Position numbers and translations under genes: made by a program
Origin: Lingula anatina
Lineage: Eukaryota; Animalia; Brachiopoda
Direction: 5' to 3'
DNA: 64,000 nucleotides
NCBI GenBank assembly: GCA_051362555.1
Contig: CM120646.1
Location: forward strand, 5,580,001-5,644,000
Part shown: in pieces, positions 1 through 10,700 of the stretch
Layout of the letters: the number at the start of each line of letters is the position of its first letter
How positions within the stretch are numbered: position 1 is the stretch's first letter
The notes under the pieces: model-generated
The model's database searches: none
Seen by the model: only the letters and a program-made list of their open reading frames with translations
What the model was told of the DNA's origin: nothing

Positions 1-123
1 CATGACACATGAATAGAACAATGGTGACACTAAATACAACTGGTAAGAAGGGACAGACAGAGATAAGACAGCTTGACAGAAGTAAGCTTGAATATCTTGA
101 CATATTTGACATGGGGGATAAGG

Positions 124-131
124 TATAAAAG
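124..131 (+). promoter_or_regulatory. TATA box TATAAAAG, first of 37 copies (one per C unit; e.g. 1740, 3518, 5294, 6645, 63806)
   Basis: Exact TATAWAWR consensus (GGTATAAAAGC) with CA dinucleotides ~27-32 nt downstream (CCAGACAG). It lies 91 bp upstream of the first hairpin of each run and is retained in the diverged right-hand copies. Function is inferred. Confidence 0.55.
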
Positions 132-214
132 CAACTACACAGTAGAAACCAGACAGAAAGCTCTTGGATAAGAGCATAAGAACAGTCATGATGTAAGGTG
201 TGCATACATTTTGG

Positions 215-292
215 GCCATGATGTAGAATTGGCAGAAGATTGTGGCTGTGAATGTGACCAGTCATAATTTTATGTCAACATTACACCATGGT
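215..292 (+). ncRNA. Candidate pri-miRNA hairpin H1 (representative; one per A, B and C unit, ~230 copies estimated); predicted 5p AUUGGCAGAAGAUUGUGGCUG(U)
   Basis: Consensus GCCAUGAUGUAGA|AUUGGCAGAAGAUUGUGGCUG-UGAAUGUGAC-CAGUCACAAUUUUAUGUCAACAU|UACACCAUGGU. It has an ~11-bp lower stem, a 20-bp upper stem with G-U pairs and one G.A mismatch, a 10-nt loop, UGUG at the apical junction and CAGC (CNNC) at +17 (298-301). Folded by hand; cut sites are uncertain by 1-2 nt. Confidence 0.68.
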
Positions 293-337
293 ACAGACAG
301 CGTGAAAACACAAGTGAAGAAATAATCGAAGATTCAA

Positions 338-418
338 CCCACTGTATATTTTTGGCAATAAAGGAGTGGCTGGGGAATATAACACCAGTGCTTCTTTTTG
401 TCAAACCTGTTCAGTGGG
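338..418 (+). ncRNA. Candidate pri-miRNA hairpin H2 (representative; one per A unit, ~140 copies estimated); predicted 5p UUUGGCAAUAAAGGAGUGGCUG(G)
   Basis: CCCACUGUAUAUU|UUUGGCAAUAAAGGAGUGGCUGG-GGAAUAUAACA-CCAGUGCUUCUUUUUGUCAAACC|UGUUCAGUGGG. CCCACUG pairs with CAGUGGG at the base, flanks are 13 and 11 nt, the predicted pre-miRNA is 57 nt (351-407), and CCUC (CNNC) sits at +17 (424-427). Confidence 0.68.
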
Positions 419-1235
419 AAAAACCTCAAATAATGTAAAGAAATAGATGCAGATGGGATAAAAATTGGCCATGATGTAGAATTGGCAGAAGATTGTGGCT
501 GTGAATGTGATCAGTCGCAATTTTAAGTCAACATTACACCATGGTACAGACGGCGTTAAAAACAGTAGTGAAGAAATGTAAGAAGAAGATTCAACCCACT
601 GTATATTTTTGGCAATAAAGGAGTGGCTGGGGAATATAACACCAGTGCTTCTTTTTGTCAAACCTGTTCAGTGGGAAAAACCTCAAATAATATGAAGAAA
701 TTGATGCAGATGGAAAATAAATTTGGTCATGATGTAAAATTGGCAGAAGATTGTGGCTGTGAATGTGATCAGTCGCAATTTAAGTCAACATTACAACATG
801 GTATAGACGGCGTGAAAACAGAAGTGAAGAAATGTACGAAGAAGATTTAACCCCACTGTATATTTTTGGCAATAAAGGAGTGGCTGGGGAATATAACACC
901 AGTGCTTCTTTTTGTCAAACCTGTTCAGTGGGTAAAACCTCAAATAATGTGAAGAAATAGATGCAGATGGGATTAAAATTGGCCATGATGTAGAATTGGC
1001 AGAAGATTGTGGCTGTGAAACTGACCAGTCACAATTTTATGTCAACATTACACCATGGTACAGACAGCGTGAAAACAGAAGTGAAGATTTATTCGAAGAT
1101 TCAACCCACTGTATATTTTTGGCAATAAAGGAGTGGCTGGGGAATATAACACCAGTGCTTCTTTTTGTCAAACCTGTTCAGTGGGAAAAACCTCAAATAA
1201 TGTGAAGAAATAGATGCAGGTGGAAAACAAATTTG

Positions 1236-1313
1236 GTCATGATGTAAAATTGGCAGAAGATTGTGGCTGTGAAACTGACCAGTCACAATTTGATGTCAAC
1301 ATTACAACATGGT
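1236..1313 (+). ncRNA. H1 hairpin, B-unit variant (representative)
   Basis: Same 5' arm as H1. The flanks differ but still pair (GGUCAUG/CAUGGUC and UGUAA/UUACA), and the loop is UGAAACUGAC. Confidence 0.62.
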
Positions 1314-1392
1314 CAAGACAGCGTGAAAATACAATTGAAGACGAATCGAATGATGTTAAGAATTTGACACACGTTGGGAAAGATTATTTTAG

Positions 1393-1470
1393 GCCATGAT
1401 GTAGAATTGGCAGAAGATTGTGGCTGTTAAACTGATCAGTTGCAATTTCATGTCAATACTACACCAAAGT
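1393..1470 (+). ncRNA. H1 hairpin, terminal C-unit variant (representative)
   Basis: Same 5' arm. The 3' arm CAGUUGCAAUUUCAUGUCAAU still pairs via G-U and A-U, and UGUAG pairs with CUACA (G-C where other variants have G-U). The most basal pairs are weakened (CCAAAG). Confidence 0.55.
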
Positions 1471-1502
1471 CCAGTCAACAGCTTTGTTTGGTTTGTTGTA
1501 GG

Positions 1503-1508
1503 ATTAAA
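1503..1508 (+). terminator. Candidate polyadenylation signal ATTAAA after the last hairpin of each run (representative)
   Basis: ATTAAA is the common variant poly(A) hexamer. It lies ~35 nt after the C-unit hairpin, next to a GT-rich tract, in nearly all C units (ATTTAA at ~60128). Support is positional only. Confidence 0.3.
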
Positions 1509-1529
1509 CATTGTAAGATGATTAGTTTA

Positions 1530-1775
1530 CAGGTAGACAAGATAAAATCTTGATTGCAATCATAGCTGAGAAGTCACCTGTGGAAAGTCTACTACTTGGG
1601 CTGTGACAACTGTACACATGACACATGAATAGAACAATGGTGACACTAAATACAACTGGTAAGAAGGGACAGACAGAGAAAAGACAGCTTGACAGAAGTA
1701 AACTTGAATATCTTGACATATTTGACATGGGGGATGAGGTATAAAAGCAACTACACAGTAGAAACCAGACAGAAA
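1530..1775 (+). promoter_or_regulatory. Candidate Pol II promoter module in the unique part of unit C (representative)
   Basis: CAGGTAG at 1530, six same-strand TGACA at 1604, 1619, 1641, 1690, 1714 and 1723, AACAAT at 1633 (only some copies), and TATAAAAG at 1740. Confidence 0.45.
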
Positions 1776-4700
1776 GCTCTTGGATAAGAGCATAAGAACA
1801 GTCATGATGTAAGGTGTGCATAAATTTTGGGCCATGATGTAGAATTGGCAGAAGATTGTGGCTGTGAATGTGACCAGTCACAATTTTATGTCAACATTAC
1901 ACCATGGTACAGACAGCATGAAAACACAAGTGAAGAAATATTCAAAGATTCAACCCACTGTATATTTTTGGCAATAAAGGAGTGGCTGGGGAATATAACA
2001 CCAGTGCTTCTTTTTGTCAAACCTGTTCAGAGGGAAAAACCTCAAATAATGTGAAGAAATAGATGCAGATGGGATAAAAATTGGCCATGATGTAGAATTG
2101 GCAGAAGATTGTGGCTGTGAATGTGATCAGTCGCAATTTTAAGTCAACATTACAACATGGTACAGACGGCGTTAAAAACAGAAGTGAAGAAATGTACGAA
2201 GAAGATTTAACCCACTGTATATTTTTGGCAATAAAGGAGTGGCTGGGGAATATAACACCAGTGCTTCTTTTTGTCAAACCTGTTCAGTGGGAAAAACCTC
2301 AAATAATATGAAGAAATTGATGCAGATGTGATAAAAATTGGCCATGATGTAGAATTGGCAGAAGATTGTGGCTGTGAATGTGATCAGTCGCAATTCTAAG
2401 TCAACATTACAACATGGTACAGACGGCGTGAAAACAGAAATGAAGAAATGTACGAAGAAGATTTAACCCTACTGTATATTTTTGGCAATAAAGGAGTGGC
2501 TGGGGAATATAACACCAGTGCTTCTTTTTGTCAAACCTGTTCAGTGGGAAAAACCTCAAATAATATGAAGAAATTGATGCAGATGGAAAACAAATTTGGT
2601 CATGATGTAAAATTGGCAGAAGTTTGTGGCTGTGAAACTGAACAGTCACAATTTTATGTCAACATTACAACATGGTCAAGACAGCATGAAAATACAAGTG
2701 AAGACGAATCGAATGATGTTAAGAATTTGACACACATTGGGAAAGATTATTTTAGGCGATGATGTAGAATTGGCAGAAGATTGTGGCTGTGAATGTGATA
2801 AGTCGCAATTCTAAGTCAACATTACAACATGGTACAGACGGCGTGAAAACAGAAATGAAGAAATGTACGAAGAAGATTTAACCCTACTGTATATTTTTGG
2901 CAATAAAGGAGTGGCTGGGGAATATAACACCAGTGCTTCTTTTTGTCAAACCTGTTCAGTGGGAAAAACCTCAAATAATGTGAAGAAATAGATGCAGATG
3001 GAAAACAAATTTGGTCATGATGTAAAATTGGCAGAAGATTGTGGCTGTGAAACTGACCAGTCACAATTTGATGTCAACATTACAACATGGTCAAGACAGC
3101 GTGAAAATACAAGTGAAGACGAATCGAATGATGTTAAGAATTTGACACACGTTGGGAAAGATTATTTTAGGCCATGATGTAGAATTGGCAGAAGATTGTG
3201 GCTGTAAAACTGATCAGTTGCAATTTCATGTCAATACTACACCAAAGTCCAGTCAACAGCTTTGTTTGGTTTGTTGTAGGATTAAACATTGTAAGATGAT
3301 TAGTTTACAGGTAGACAAGATAAAATCTTGATTGCAATCATAGCTGAGAAGTCACCTGTGGAAAGTCTACTACTTGGGCTGTGACAACTGTACACATGAC
3401 ACATGAATAGAACAATGGTGACACTAAATACAACTGGTAAGAAGGGACAGACAGAGAAAAGACAGCTTGACAGAAGTAAACTTGAATATCTTGACATATT
3501 TGACATGGGGGATGAGGTATAAAAGCAACTACACAGTAGAAACCAGACAGAAAGCTCTTGGATAAGAGCATAAGAACAGTCATGATGTAAGGTGTGCATA
3601 AATTTTGGGCCATGATGTAGAATTGGCAGAAGATTGTGGCTGTGAATGTGACCAGTCACAATTTTATGTCAACATTACACCATGGTACAGACAGCATGAA
3701 AACACAAGTGAAGAAATATTCAAAGATTCAACCCACTGTATATTTTTGGCAATAAAGGAGTGGCTGGGGAATATAACACCAGTGCTTCTTTTTGTCAAAC
3801 CTGTTCAGAGGGAAAAACCTCAAATAATGTGAAGAAATAGATGCAGATGGGATAAAAATTGGCCATGATGTAGAATTGGCAGAAGATTGTGGCTGTGAAT
3901 GTGATCAGTCGCAATTTTAAGTCAACATTACAACATGGTACAGACGGCGTTAAAAACAGAAGTGAAGAAATGTACGAAGAAGATTTAACCCACTGTATAT
4001 TTTTGGCAATAAAGGAGTGGCTGGGGAATATAACACCAGTGCTTCTTTTTGTCAAACCTGTTCAGTGGGAAAAACCTCAAATAATATGAAGAAATTGATG
4101 CAGATGTGATAAAAATTGGCCATGATGTAGAATTGGCAGAAGATTGTGGCTGTGAATGTGATCAGTCGCAATTCTAAGTCAACATTACAACATGGTACAG
4201 ACGGCGTGAAAACAGAAATGAAGAAATGTACGAAGAAGATTTAACCCTACTGTATATTTTTGGCAATAAAGGAGTGGCTGGGGAATATAACACCAGTGCT
4301 TCTTTTTGTCAAACCTGTTCAGTGGGAAAAACCTCAAATAATATGAAGAAATTGATGCAGATGGAAAACAAATTTGGTCATGATGTAAAATTGGCAGAAG
4401 TTTGTGGCTGTGAAACTGAACAGTCACAATTTTATGTCAACATTACAACATGGTCAAGACAGCATGAAAATACAAGTGAAGACGAATCGAATGATGTTAA
4501 GAATTTGACACACATTGGGAAAGATTATTTTAGGCCATGATGTAGAATTGGCAGAAGATTGTGGCTGTGAATGTGATAAGTCGCAATTCTAAGTCAACAT
4601 TACAACATGGTACAGACGGCGTGAAAACAGAAATGAAGAAATGTACGAAGAAGATTTAACCCTACTGTATATTTTTGGCAATAAAGGAGTGGCTGGGGAA

Positions 4701-7700
4701 TATAACACCAGTGCTTCTTTTTGTCAAACCTGTTCAGTGGGAAAAACCTCAAATAATGTGAAGAAATAGATGCAGATGGAAAACAAATTTGGTCATGATG
4801 TAAAATTGGCAGAAGATTGTGGCTGTGAAACTGACCAGTCACAATTTGATGTCAACATTACAACATGGTCAAGACAGCGTGAAAATACAAGTGAAGACGA
4901 ATCGAATGATGTTAAGAATTTGACACACGTTGGGAAAGATTATTTTAGGCCATGATGTAGAATTGGCAGAAGATTGTGGCTGTAAAACTGATCAGTTGCA
5001 ATTTCATGTCAATACTACACCAAAGTCCAGTCAACAGCTTTGTTTGGTTTGTTGTAGGATTAAACATTGTAAGATGATTAGTTTACAGGTAGACAAGATA
5101 AAATCTTGATTGCAATCATAGCTGAGAAGTCACCTGTGGAAAGTCTACTACTTGGGCTGTGACAACTGTACACATGACACATGAATAGAACAAGGGTGAC
5201 ACTAAATACAACTGGTAAGAATGGACAGACAGATAAGACAGCTTGACAGAAGTAAACTTGAATATCTTGACATATTTGACATGGGGGATAAGGTATAAAA
5301 GCAACTACACAGTAGAAACCAGACAGAAAGCTCTTGGATAAGAGCATAAGAACAGTCATGATGTAAGGTGTGCATACATTTTGGGCCATGATGTAGAATT
5401 GGCAGAAGATTGTGGCTGTGAATGTGACCAGTCACAATTTTTTGTCAACATTACACCATGGTACAGACAGCGTGAAAACACAAGTGAAGAAATATTCAAC
5501 CCACTGTATATTTTTGGCAATAAAGGAGTGGCTGGGGAATATAACACCAGTGCTTCTTTTTGTCAAACCTGTTCAGTGGGAAAAACCTCAAATAATGTGA
5601 AGAAATAGATGCAGTTGGGATAAAAATTGGCCATGATGTAGGATTGGCAGAAGATTGTGGCTGTGAATGTGATCAGTCGCAATTTTAAGTCAACATTACA
5701 ACATGGTACAGACGGCGTTAAAAACAGTAGTGAAGAAATGTACGAAGAAGATTCAACCCACTGTATATTTTTGGCAATAAAGGAGTGGCTGGGGAATATA
5801 ACACCAGTGCTTCTTTTTGTCAAACCTGTTCAGTGGGAAAAACCTCAAATAATATGAAGAAATTGATGCAGATGGAAAATAAATTTGGTCATGATGTAAA
5901 ATTGGCAGAAGATTGTGGCTGTGAATGTGATCAGTCGCAATTTAAGTCAACATTACAACATGGTATAGACAGCGTGAAAACACAAGTGAAGATTTATTCG
6001 AAGATTCAACCCACTGTATATTTTTGGCAATAAAGGAGTGGCTGGGGAATATAACACCAGTGCTTCTTTTTGTCAAACCTGTTCAGTGGGAAAAACCTCA
6101 AATAATGTGAAGAAATAGATGCAGATGGAAAACAAATTTGGTCATGATGTAAAATTGGCAGAAGATTGTGGCTGTGAAACTGACCAGTCACAATTTGATG
6201 TCAACATTACAACATGGTCAAGACAGCGTGAAAATACAAGTGAAGGCGAATCGAATGATGTTAAGAATTTGACACACGTTGGGAAAGATTATTTTAGGCC
6301 ATGATGTAGAATTGGCAGAAGATTGTGGCTGTAAAACTGATCAGTTGCAATTTCATGTCAATACTACACCAAAGTCCAGTCAACAGCTTTGTTTGGTTTG
6401 TTGTAGGATTAAACATTGTAAGATGATTAGTTTACAGGTAGACAAGATAAAATCTTGATTGCAATCATAGCTGAGAAGTCACCTGTGGAAAGTCTACTAC
6501 TTGGGCTGTGACAACTGTACACATGACACATGAATAGAACAATGGTGACACTAAATATAACTGGTAAGAAGGGACAGACAGAGATAAGACAGCTTGACAG
6601 AAGTAAACTTGAATATCTTGACATATTTGACATGTGGGATAAGGTATAAAAGCAACTACACAGTAGAAACCAGACAGAAAGCTCTTGGACAAGAGCATAA
6701 GAACAGTCATGATGTAAGGTGTACATAAATTTTGGGCCATGATATAGAATTGGCAGAAGATTGTGGCTGTGAATGTGACCAGTCACAATTTTAAGTCAAC
6801 ATTACACCATGGTACAGACAGCGTGAAAACACAAGTGAAGATTTATTCGAAGATTCAACCCACTGTATATTTTTGGCAATAAAGGAGTGGCTGGGGAATA
6901 TAACACCAGTGCTTCTTTTTGTCAAACCTGTTCAGTGGGAAAAACCTCAAATAATGTGAAGAAATAGATGCAGATGGGATAAAAATTGGCCATGATGTAG
7001 AATTGGCAGAAGATTGTGGCTGTGAATGTGATCAGTCGCAATTTTAAGTCAACATTACAACATGGTACAGACAGCGTGAAAACAGAAGTGAAGAAATGTA
7101 CGAAGAAGATTTAACCCACTGTATATTTTTGGCAATAAAGGAGTGGCTGTGGAATATAACACCAGTGCTTCTTTTTGTCAAACCTGTTCAGTGGGAAAAA
7201 CCTCAAATAATGTGAAGAAATTGATGCAGATGGAAAACAAATTTGGTCATGATGTAAAATTGGCAAAAGATTGTGGCTGTGAAACTGACCAGTCACAATT
7301 TTATGTCAACATTACAACATGGTCAAGACAGCGTGAAAATACGAGTGAAGACGAATCGAATGATGTTAAGAATTTGACACACGTTGGGAAAGATTATTTT
7401 AGGCCATAATGTAGAATTGGCAGAAGATTGTGGCTGTAAAACTGATCAGTTGCAATTTCATGTCAATACTACACCAAAGTCCAGTCAACAGCTTTGTTTG
7501 GTTTGTTGTAGGATTAAACATTGTAAGATGATTAGTTTACAGGTAGACAAGATAAAATCTTGATTGCAATCATAGCTGAGAAGTCACCTGTGGAAAGTCT
7601 ACTACTTGGGCTGTGACAACTGTACACATGACACATGAATAGAACAATGGTGACACTAAATACAACTGGTAAGAAGGGACAGACAGAGATAAGACAGCTT

Positions 7701-10700
7701 GACAGAAGTAAGCTTGAATATCTTGACATATTTGACATGGGGGATAAGGTATAAAAGCAACTACACAGTAGAAACCAGACAGAAAGCTCTTGGATAAGAG
7801 CATAAGAACAGTCATGATGTAAGGTGTGCATACATTTTGGGCCATGATGTAGAATTGGCAGAAGATTGTGGCTGTGAATGTGACCAGTCATAATTTTATG
7901 TCAACATTACACCATGGTACAGACAGCGTGAAAACACAAGTGAAGAAATAATCGAAGATTCAACCCACTGTATATTTTTGGCAATAAAGGAGTGGCTGGG
8001 GAATATAACACCAGTGCTTCTTTTTGTCAAACCTGTTCAGTGGGAAAAACCTCAAATAATGTAAAGAAATAGATGCAGATGGGATAAAAATTGGCCATGA
8101 TGTAGAATTGGCAGAAGATTGTGGCTGTGAATGTGATCAGTCGCAATTTTAAGTCAACATTACACCATGGTACAGACGGCGTTAAAAACAGTAGTGAAGA
8201 AATGTAAGAAGAAGATTCAACCCACTGTATATTTTTGGCAATAAAGGAGTGGCTGGGGAATATAACACCAGTGCTTCTTTTTGTCAAACCTGTTCAGTGG
8301 GAAAAACCTCAAATAATATGAAGAAATTGATGCAGATGGAAAATAAATTTGGTCATGATGTAAAATTGGCAGAAGATTGTGGCTGTGAATGTGATCAGTC
8401 GCAATTTAAGTCAACATTACAACATGGTATAGACGGCGTGAAAACAGAAGTGAAGAAATGTACGAAGAAGATTTAACCCCACTGTATATTTTTGGCAATA
8501 AAGGAGTGGCTGGGGAATATAACACCAGTGCTTCTTTTTGTCAAACCTGTTCAGTGGGTAAAACCTCAAATAATGTGAAGAAATAGATGCAGATGGGATT
8601 AAAATTGGCCATGATGTAGAATTGGCAGAAGATTGTGGCTGTGAAACTGACCAGTCACAATTTTATGTCAACATTACACCATGGTACAGACAGCGTGAAA
8701 ACAGAAGTGAAGATTTATTCGAAGATTCAACCCACTGTATATTTTTGGCAATAAAGGAGTGGCTGGGGAATATAACACCAGTGCTTCTTTTTGTCAAACC
8801 TGTTCAGTGGGAAAAACCTCAAATAATGTGAAGAAATAGATGCAGGTGGAAAACAAATTTGGTCATGATGTAAAATTGGCAGAAGATTGTGGCTGTGAAA
8901 CTGACCAGTCACAATTTGATGTCAACATTACAACATGGTCAAGACAGCGTGAAAATACAATTGAAGACGAATCGAATGATGTTAAGAATTTGACACACGT
9001 TGGGAAAGATTATTTTAGGCCATGATGTAGAATTGGCAGAAGATTGTGGCTGTTAAACTGATCAGTTGCAATTTCATGTCAATACTACACCAAAGTCCAG
9101 TCAACAGCTTTGTTTGGTTTGTTGTAGGATTAAACATTGTAAGATGATTAGTTTACAGGTAGACAAGATAAAATCTTGATTGCAATCATAGCTGAGAAGT
9201 CACCTGTGGAAAGTCTACTACTTGGGCTGTGACAACTGTACACATGACACATGAATAGAACAAGGGTGACACTAAATACAACTGGTAAGAATGGACAGAC
9301 AGAGATAAGACAGCTTGACAGAAGTAAACTTGAATATCTTGACATATTTGACATGGGGGATAAGGTATAAAAGCAACTACACAGTAGAAACCAGACAGAA
9401 AGCTCTTGGATAAGAGCATAAGAACAGTCATGATGTAAGGTGTGCATACATTTTGGGCCATGATGTAGAATTGGCAGAAGATTGTGGCTGTGAATGTGAC
9501 CAGTCACAATTTTTTGTCAACATTACACCATGGTACAGACAGCGTGAAAACACAAGTGAAGAAATATTCAACCCACTGTATATTTTTGGCAATAAAGGAG
9601 TGGCTGGGGAATATAACACCAGTGCTTCTTTTTGTCAAACCTGTTCAGTGGGAAAAACCTCAAATAATGTGAAGAAATAGATGCAGTTGGGATAAAAATT
9701 GGCCATGATGTAGGATTGGCAGAAGATTGTGGCTGTGAATGTGATCAGTCGCAATTTTAAGTCAACATTACAACATGGTACAGACGGCGTTAAAAACAGT
9801 AGTGAAGAAATGTACGAAGAAGATTCAACCCACTGTATATTTTTGGCAATAAAGGAGTGGCTGGGGAATATAACACCAGTGCTTCTTTTTGTCAAACCTG
9901 TTCAGTGGGAAAAACCTCAAATAATATGAAGAAATTGATGCAGATGGAAAATAAATTTGGTCATGATGTAAAATTGGCAGAAGATTGTGGCTGTGAATGT
10001 GATCAGTCGCAATTTAAGTCAACATTACAACATGGTATAGACAGCGTGAAAACACAAGTGAAGATTTATTCGAAGATTCAACCCACTGTATATTTTTGGC
10101 AATAAAGGAGTGGCTGGGGAATATAACACCAGTGCTTCTTTTTGTCAAACCTGTTCAGTGGGAAAAACCTCAAATAATGTGAAGAAATAGATGCAGATGG
10201 AAAACAAATTTGGTCATGATGTAAAATTGGCAGAAGATTGTGGCTGTGAAACTGACCAGTCACAATTTGATGTCAACATTACAACATGGTCAAGACAGCG
10301 TGAAAATACAAGTGAAGGCGAATCGAATGATGTTAAGAATTTGACACACGTTGGGAAAGATTATTTTAGGCCATGATGTAGAATTGGCAGAAGATTGTGG
10401 CTGTAAAACTGATCAGTTGCAATTTCATGTCAATACTACACCAAAGTCCAGTCAACAGCTTTGTTTGGTTTGTTGTAGGATTAAACATTGTAAGATGATT
10501 AGTTTACAGGTAGACAAGATAAAATCTTGATTGCAATCATAGCTGAGAAGTCACCTGTGGAAAGTCTACTACTTGGGCTGTGACAACTGTACACATGACA
10601 CATGAATAGAACAATGGTGACACTAAATACAACTGGTAAGAAGGGACAGACAGAGATAAGACAGCTTGACAGAAGTAAGCTTGAATATCTTGACATATTT

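Noticed and set aside
214-1830. CRISPR-like appearance (constant core alternating with other sequence)
   Set aside because: The core is ~78 bp, the intervening sequences are only three recurring types and not unique spacers, there are no cas genes, and the context is eukaryotic.
1392-1830. tRNA, 5S rRNA, snRNA or spliced-leader gene in unit C
   Set aside because: I could not recognise a cloverleaf, A/B or A/C boxes, or a convincing Sm-site structure. An Rfam/Infernal search would be needed to exclude it formally.
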